A program made the position numbers and the translations under genes. A stretch of 43,778 nucleotides of DNA, filler included, from Callorhinchus milii (Eukaryota), in NCBI RefSeq assembly GCF_018977255.1. It is 3 parts of 3 records of this genome, joined end to end, with 100 filler letters (N's around TTAATTAATTAA, not from the genome) between each part and the next. Parts side by side here need not be neighbours in the genome. Positions count along the whole stretch, not along the records: positions 30,727 to 43,778 come from NW_024706198.1; 2 more parts are not named here. One strand, written 5' to 3'. The notes under the pieces are model-generated. The model made no database searches. It was not told where the DNA came from and saw only the letters and a program-made list of their open reading frames with translations. This document shows positions 36,768-43,778 of the stretch, piece by piece (positions within the stretch are counted from its first letter, which is position 1; every line of letters begins with the position of its first letter).

Positions 36768-36862
36768 AGGTTTTGTACTCTGTAGGATGAGCGTTGTGTG
36801 ACTGTGGTGTTGTGCTGAATACACAGAAGATGGATCAGGAACCAATTTAACTGTAATTGAAA
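36768..36862 (+). CDS. NAR-TCR J segment (coding 36807..36862) with 23-RSS
   Basis: aggttttgt (36768-36776), 23 bp, gactgtg (36800-36806). Encodes CCAEYTEDGSGTNLTVIE with a VNAR-type DGxGT FR4 motif, then a phase-1 donor A|GTAAGT at 36863. Confidence 0.92.
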
Positions 36863-37289
36863 GTAAGTGAGAAAAAACTTCTTTCGTACTAAAATGAAAC
36901 TTTATTCACTTCAATTTGTAAAATGTATTATTCTAAACGACAGCTCCCAATTATTTACAACTGAGCCTTTCCTACAACCGACATTAGCAATTATGAAGAA
37001 AAAGGCATTCTGTGTTGCAGAAAGATTACTGAGCTCCGAATATGAAGCCTGTTTCTCAAATGACCAGCTTTTATTTTATGTTTTGTAAAGTCACTAACTT
37101 TGTCTGGATATTGGTTCCAAAGAGATATACCAAGAGGAATTGTTGACTGTAAATTCCGGTGTTTACTTGACGCAATATATCTTTGGTCAAAGGAAATGAT
37201 AAAAATCCCTATCCTCCTCAATTCTCCCGAGAAGTGGGGTTTCTTTCGAACTGAACTGGCTGCAATGTGTAATATTATATAAACTTCTC

Positions 37290-37771
37290 CCGTGCCCCAG
37301 AGGATCGAATTCAAGATCCTCATCCTCGCCTACAAGGCCATTCACGGCCTCGCTCCCTCCTACTTCTCCAACCTACTGTCCCCCGACATAACTGCCCGTA
37401 ACCTCCGTTCCTCTGGCTCCGGACTGCTCCTCATCCCCCGCCCCAACCGCCCTACAGCCTCCCAGCCTCTACGCTCTGGAACTCTATCACCCAGTGCCTT
37501 CGACTTGCCTCCTCCCTTTCCTCCTTCAAGGCCGGTCTCAAGACTTTCTCTTTGACAGAGCCTTCAGCTCCGCTCTCAACTCTCTACCCTCATCGCCCCC
37601 TTCATTCCCTCCACTCAGCCTGAACATTTCCCACCTCCACGCTCCCTCCCTTCCCTCCCCTCACCCTGACCATGTCTCCTCTGCTAGGGTCCTGACCCAA
37701 CTTGTTTCAGCGCCTTGGGACTTCTTCCCGACGTGAAAGGCGCTCTATAAATGTATTCTTGTTGTTGTTGT
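37290..37771 (+). mobile_element. L2-like LINE 3' fragment in the J-to-supporting-V intron
   Basis: PQRIEFKILILAYKAIHGLAPSYFSNLL...RNLRSSGSGLL. The 3' tail (gcgccttgggac...cccgacgtgaaaggcgctctataaatg, ttg repeats) is shared with the SINE tail. Confidence 0.85.
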
Positions 37772-38589
37772 TTCTTCGTCCCCCAGTTCCGATTGAATGT
37801 GAAAAGCTAACGCACTTTCCTCTTTCCATATATGCTGAGTGTTTTATTCTTAACCTACAAGAAAGCTAATATCAAGCTTGCTGATACGCAGCGATTTCTG
37901 AATATGTAATATATGAAAGTTGAAGAAACAAAGAAAAGCGATTTAGAGAGAACGAAAGGGTGAAAGAGATAAAGAAGNNNNNNNNNNNNNNNNNNNNNNN
38001 NNNNNNNNNNNNNNNNNNNNNNNNNNNNNNNNNNNNNNNNNNNNNNNNNNNNNNNNNNNNNNNNNNNNNNNNNNNNNNNNNNNNNNNNNNNNNNNNNNNN
38101 NNNNNNNNNNNNNNNNNNNNNNNNNNNNNNNNNNNNCTTCAATGAGCAGCTGATACAGTGAGAGAGAAACTGATATTGGCAACAAGTCAGAGACAAACCT
38201 CCTCCAGCAGCGGTGTTAAAGTAACGCCATTTACAGCAGGAAACGTTTTATTTGCCTCAACTGTAAACGCACTGATATAACTGCACAATCTGACAGCTGA
38301 TTCTCTGCTAAACATTCCCATGAACATAGGCAAAGTATAAGATTACAAAAACTTAATTAAACGTTGCATTGATGAGCGATCATAACAATGGTGTCACAGC
38401 AATAGCCACACGTTGGATGGTGCAGAGCAGCACTCTAAATTTATCCATTCCTCGTCTCTTTCTACTGTTGATTGAACAGTGATTCTTACATTTAGTATAA
38501 AGGTTTTCACGGACACGTTAGCGTGGGTGCTATGGTCGTGGACAGGGTTCGATGGAGATATTCTTGAATGATGCCCAGGGCGAGAGGCT

Positions 38590-38850
38590 TCATTCAAATG
38601 AAGATACTCGGGTCTCTGGCAATGTTCTGCTTAGAGACCGAAGGTTGAGTGGAGATCTGATTGAAGTGTTCATATTTGTGAGGGGATTTGATAGAGTAGA
38701 TAGATATAAATATTCTCATTGGTCAGCCTTTCAGTAATCAGAGTACCCAAATTTATGTTACGTGGTAAAGGGTCCCGAGGTGAGATAATGAGGATTTGTT
38801 TTTGCAAAGAAAGTTGTTACAGTCTGCAATGCACTGCCTGAAAGGGTTGT
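38590..38850 (+). mobile_element. CR1-like LINE fragment
   Basis: RRLSGDLIEVFIFVRGFDRVD matches the CR1 RRLRGDLIEVYK motif. Confidence 0.75.
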
Positions 38851-38909
38851 GTTTGGGTTAGGTTCCATGATGCCATAATTCTAAGTAACCTGTAATTTGC
38901 ATCCTGCAG

Positions 38910-39211
38910 GATCGCGTAATACAGTTTCCCAGTCACCGCCTGAGCAAAGTGCTTTTGCTGGTGAGAGGATAAATTTACATTGCCAATATTCACGAATCTG
39001 TGGAAAGGATTTCAACGTCTCCTGGTACCGTCAGTCCCCTGGCGAGGAACTCAAATATCTGCTCCACAGAAAACCCTCAGGAGTGGGAGGAAAACCCACT
39101 GGAGATCATATTTCTGCTTCTCTTGACACTGCCAAGAATATCAGCGTTTTAACCATCGCCGACCTGCGGCTGACAGACTCCGCTATGTATCACTGTGCAC
39201 TCAGTCTGCAC
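38910..39211 (+). CDS. Supporting TCR-delta V segment of the NAR-TCR cassette (apparently leaderless)
   Basis: Phase-1 acceptor catcctgcag at 38909 is in frame with the J donor (A+GA = Arg). Exon reads SRNTVSQ...NLHCQYSRICGKDFNVSWYRQ...DSAMYHCALSLH with an extra CDR1 Cys (38999-39001). RSS is cacagtg (39212-39218), 23 bp, acaataacc (39242-39250). Confidence 0.9.
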
Positions 39212-39772
39212 CACAGTGGTACACATCATAGGAAGCCTCGTACAATAACCCTCATCACAACCAAAGCTGGGAAAAAATACATTACAGTTAGTGATAGACA
39301 GTGCAACAAATCTTTTCCAAACTGCCACCATGGCTTTTAACTGATTGAGCTCATATTAAGTCACTTAAAATATGTGATACTTCACTCGCTGAATATTTGT
39401 TTTTTTTTCACCAACAGATATTACACTGTGATAAACTTTTGTCGGAATTTGGATAATTAGTGAGTTACATATGTTAATAATTACGGTAGTAAAAACCTAA
39501 TGAAAATGTGATAGTCCTTGTGCTTGACGTTGTGGCGTATCACTTCATTGAGACGTCAAAAAGCGCTTCAGAAATGACGATGTAAATTTCATTGTATTTC
39601 GTAGTAAAATCGTCGCCACCAACAGTTTCTTTTTTAGAGTGAGAGAGTAACATCAAAATTCTTTAGGATTATGGTCAGCAAAATAATAATATGAACCAAG
39701 TGTCAATAATTAAAGAACATATGTCACTTATATTCACAAGGAGAATCCGTTAAGTGATATTTTACTGTCAGT

Positions 39773-40132
39773 GGAGTCCAGTGTCTCAGTGGTTAGATAA
39801 CTCGATTCGCAAGCGAGAGGACCTGGGATCGAATCCCAGGCTGGGAGAAATGTTGGGCAAGTGTCCTCAATCCACAAACACTTCTGCTTTCTTAGCTGTG
39901 AGTACGAACGCGTTTGTTAGTCGACTGTCGGGTCATTTTCCGAGACAGTAGCTCCTGCATTAAACAAGTTAGTATTATTACTGATTAATCCTTGCGTTTA
40001 ACAGAGAGATTTTCCCTTATAGGTTAAGTAGAAATAGTTTGGTCCCTCAATACACGACTGTTCGTGGGACACTGCTGTGCGCTCCTGCAGGAAACACACA
40101 TTGACTCCATCAAATGCAATGATGATTATTAT
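39773..40132 (+). mobile_element. Older SINE copy
   Basis: Head ggagtccagtgtctcagtggttaga and B-box-like atcgaatcc, with a degenerate 3' part. Confidence 0.7.
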
Positions 40133-40145
40133 GTAGTTTACAGCA

Positions 40146-40436
40146 GATAAATTCTCGATAATCATTTATTCCAAATCATAATGGAAGTGTCTGTTACTCA
40201 AGGTCAGACTGTAACTCTCAGCTGCATCTTATCTGCTGACTTCAACAATGTTTTAATGTTCCGATAGAGTTAATATCCAGGGGAACCTCATCTGTACACC
40301 CGGAGACATGATGGTGATGGGGACACTTTCTGGTCTGAGTTTGTAACACAATCTTTAACGCCAAATCTAACACCAACCATTACTCTGCGATAACACACAG
40401 AGTGTTGTTGTCAGACTACACCACTGTACAACAACC
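40146..40436 (+). pseudogene. Decayed TCR V pseudogene with degenerate 23-RSS
   Basis: EVSVTQGQTVTLSC (Cys at 40223). FWYRQYPGEP has decayed to FR*S*YPGEP (TTC CGA TAG AGT TAA TAT CCA GGG GAA). FR3 is shortened and ends YSAIT. RSS is cagagtg (40398-40404), 23 bp, acaacaacc (40428-40436). Confidence 0.8.
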
Positions 40437-41747
40437 TCCAAAGAGGAGAGAAAGGGTTTCATCTCAATACAGATGTCATTACTGAGAGTTCACTTGTTTG
40501 AGAGTTTGTGAGTTTGCCGCTGTGTCTCTCATAGGAAACAAGTGAGTAATTGCCAACCACAAGCAAAATGTGATAGAGTGGTTCATGCAATGAAAGAGTG
40601 AAATAAATAATAATTATCCTTACATTTAATATAGCGTCTTACCAGGTGTCCAGACTTCTCAAAGCGCTATACAGGATACCCTCTGACGTGATTTGATTGT
40701 GATTTGACTTAAAGCATAAGTCACGACTATTCACATTATATCATGCGTAACAATCTGAGATTACCCACTTTCTCAATATCTTTGCACCTTTGGCCACATC
40801 GTTTCAGGTCATTAGAGTCAGTGAAGGTTAACCGTACAGACTTCAGGGACATGTTGTGCTGGCATCAATGCTTTATGATTGAAACATGATTTAAATGTGC
40901 ATTGACTTTCAGTTCAACTTCTTAACGGATATCCCGCGTCAAACTTCGTTTACATATTTTAAGTGTACAGCTGCTGCTCAATTTATTCAGCAGATTGAAG
41001 ATAATTGTCAAAATATCTGGAGGAGAGCTGAGACGGCATTTTTAAACTCGGAGACATGTTACTCTTCAGAATGCACTGAATGAACTGAAAGTCTGTTGGA
41101 ACCAGATTCGATAGAAGCTTTCAAAAGGGAATTGGAAAGGGACTTACATGGGAAAATAATGCAGGGCTATTGGGAAATAATGGGGGAGTATATCTGATTG
41201 CTTAACACTTTCACATCATCTTCACGAGTCAGAACTGAAAGGCACGTTTAAAATAGAAATTGAAAATTAACATATTGAATAATAATTAATGTTTACATAC
41301 GATATAACGCTTTATCACGAAATCACGGCGTCCTAAAGCGCTTCACGAAATATCTATAAAGTGAATTGTCTGCATATTTTGTGGGCTAAATGCAGCAGGC
41401 AATTTCGCTAAAGGTGGTCCACTAACAGTCATAGATTAAGTTAGCAATTTTGTTTTAAATTTTCATTCAACGAATTATTAACGTCAAATAATCTTTGATG
41501 GCATAGCACAGGAATAATGGGCAGAATGGCCTCAATCTGTTATATTACAATCCACGAAACTATGGCTGTATATTTCTAAGCAAATACAAATAATTAATTG
41601 GAAATAGTTTCTGATTAGCTGGAAGTTTTACACTTAAACTATTGGACGATGTAAATGACAGTACATGTCGTCACTCCGGGGGCTGGTGCCAATCACCTCA
41701 AATATCTTACAGGTAATTAATGGGCATCTGAAGAAAGAGCTCAGACG

Positions 41748-42563
41748 ATGGGGCACTTTACGTTCTGCGTGACGCTCGCTGCTTTCCTGATAGGTAATCA
41801 ATGAATGCAATGCTTCAGTCGATGATCAACAATGATTGCATCGCTTTTGTTGGTGGAGTCATGTAGCTCAGTGTTTGAATCCTTCGCTTCGCAAGCGAGA
41901 GACCCGGGTTCGATTCCCGTCAGGTCGAAATATTGGGCAAGTTTCCTCACTCCACGCACAACGCGTAGGATACTGAATGTTAGTCTATCAAATAAAAAAA
42001 AGGTGGATCGCATTTTGGGGGCAATACAGCCTTCAAAACCAAATAATGGTAAATTGATCCATGACTTGTTTTTGAAATACTACAGTGCGCAATTGGCTGC
42101 CGCGTTTAGAGTGCAGAATATATTAAACTCACTTTAAAGTGTATTCTGTCAAGCCCCCTGAGATGTCTCGACGATTTGATAAGGCGATATAACAAATATG
42201 GATTATTTATTGATTAAATCTGTTGATTGTTAATTTTGTTTTGCAATTTGTTTCAGGTCTGACCGGTGGAGATTCCGTTAAGCCGATCGTGCCTTCAGTC
42301 ACCAAGAGAGAAGGGGCACAAGTGGATTTGGAGAGTAATTATGTTACATCGCTGAATGACTATTGTCTACACTGGTACCGAAAACACCCAGGGGGACAAC
42401 CGGTGTATATTCTTCAGACTTGCAAACCTTCTTACGAACATAAAGCGGATTTTGCTCAATCTAGTTTCTCGGTCGAGCTGCAGACGTCGAGAAAATCCAG
42501 CAAATTTACCATCTCCGTGTTGGAGCTGTCTGACTCAGCTGTGTATTACTGTGCAGTCAGCCC
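41748..42563 (+). CDS. TCR alpha/delta V segment V6, join(41748..41793,42257..42563); open frame but Cys23 replaced by Ser
   Basis: Leader MGHFTFCVTLAAFLI with G|GTAAT donor and acceptor gtttcag at 42256. Exon reads LTGGDSVKP...VDLES(AGT 42334)...HWYRK...DSAVYYCAVSP. RSS is cacagta (42564-42570), 23 bp, acaataact (42594-42602). Confidence 0.87.
41855..42210 (+). mobile_element. Older SINE copy filling most of the V6 intron
   Basis: Head ggagtcatgtagctcagtg, B box gttcgattcc, degenerate core and tail. Confidence 0.8.
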
Positions 42564-43778
42564 CACAGTAATAGAAAACAGTGACAGCCTCGTACAATAA
42601 CTCTCCGAGCTGTGCGAGGTGGCGCGGGGCCGACCAGTCTGTTTTCAGGAAGTCTGTCTCACAGGAACGGCGTTCACCGCAAGACAATCTGTGTGCTGAA
42701 GGTTCACAGAATTGTATGTCACTACAAATGCAGAGGGTAAAGTAATCAGCGGATTGAGCACAACAGGCGCGATTCTATTGGATTACTTTGAGCTGCTAAT
42801 GCAACACAAAAAAGTAAAACTCTTGCCTTTTGACTCTAAGGTAGAAGATGGGTTGCAGAAGACACTCCAAGTGCAAATCCCTTCCGCAAACAGCAGTATA
42901 TTTAGCATTGTGTACCACTTTGTAACTTCGCCCGACATAATTATAATAATAATCCTTGAATTTGATGTATCGCCTTATCGCAGCTTCGATTTGTTTCATA
43001 GCGCCGGCATACAATTTTCACACTGACGTATCCCACAAACTACCCAGAAAATGGATGTTTTCAAAGCACCTGAAGAAATGAAGCTCTGTGAAGTTCTGCA
43101 GCTTATTGTGTAGAGCTCGCTTCTCAAACATAAGAGGACCTGGGTTCGATTGTTGGGCAGGACGAAACGTTGAGCAAGTTCCATTAGTTTACATGACACT
43201 GTACACCAAGCAGAAAGCATCTGTAATTTGTTGATTTCTGGATTGCTCTCGGGGGGAAATAATAATAATGTTAAAAGGAATAATAACGTGTTGATCATTG
43301 TATCCCAGATTGTTTGCCTTCAAAGTTGAAAGCCAATTCAATTGATAATGATAATTCTTGCATTTGGTAAAGCGCATTGTCCAGCCTTGGAGACGTCTCA
43401 AAAAGATTCTCTGTATATCCTCTAGAGGGAATTAAATATATATTAAGTGAGTGAAATGCACCAGTAAATTACGCACAGCATTGACTCATGAACAGATGTC
43501 GATTTAGTGACTCTCTTGTTAGTGTTATTACAAACTATGGAAAGCGATTTTCCAATCGGATAACAACCGGGTTCCTGCTTACTGCTTGGAAAACGGTACG
43601 CAAAAGCAACAATGTACAAATGCCAGTGGCAATAGTTGCTTTGTTCAGTGTTGTATGTGAACTATTACACTGACAAATTACCCTTTGGGGCTCAGAACAT
43701 ATCAACATAACAGTGAGGCGAGGATTTACTGTGTGAGAGGAGAGATTTCTGTATCTGTGGCCTCACAGTGACTGACAG

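Noticed and set aside
43727-43770. tactgtg...cacagtg near the window end, a possible D or V end
   Set aside because: No 5' nonamer at 12 or 23 bp, and the 3' nonamer would fall outside the window, so it cannot be tested.

Overview
Repeat-rich vertebrate DNA from a cartilaginous-fish T-cell receptor alpha/delta variable-segment cluster. The SINE/CR1/L2 content suggests a holocephalan such as Callorhinchus milii, but that is inference. All immune segments are on the + strand. There are six leader-bearing TCR alpha/delta-type V segments (V1-V6), each with a leader exon, intron, V exon and RSS. The RSS spacers are 23 bp except V4 (21 bp), and V6 has lost Cys23. There is also one decayed V pseudogene and one orphan RSS. 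The key structure is a complete NAR-TCR-type cassette at 35307-39250: leader, IgNAR-like V lacking CDR2, D (12/12 RSS), J (23 RSS, DGSG motif), then an apparently leaderless supporting TCR-delta V spliced in frame to the J. NAR-TCR as a system is already described in sharks. The unusual points here are a 43-nt germline, Cys-containing CDR3 extension on the NAR V (possible germline V-D join), a Cys-Cys J, and 12/23 compatibility between the upstream conventional Vs and the NAR D. No constant exon or conventional TCR D/J lies in the window. About 20 kb (11.2-31.3 kb) has no recognisable V and could not be assigned. The six N-gaps limit what can be said about missing exons.
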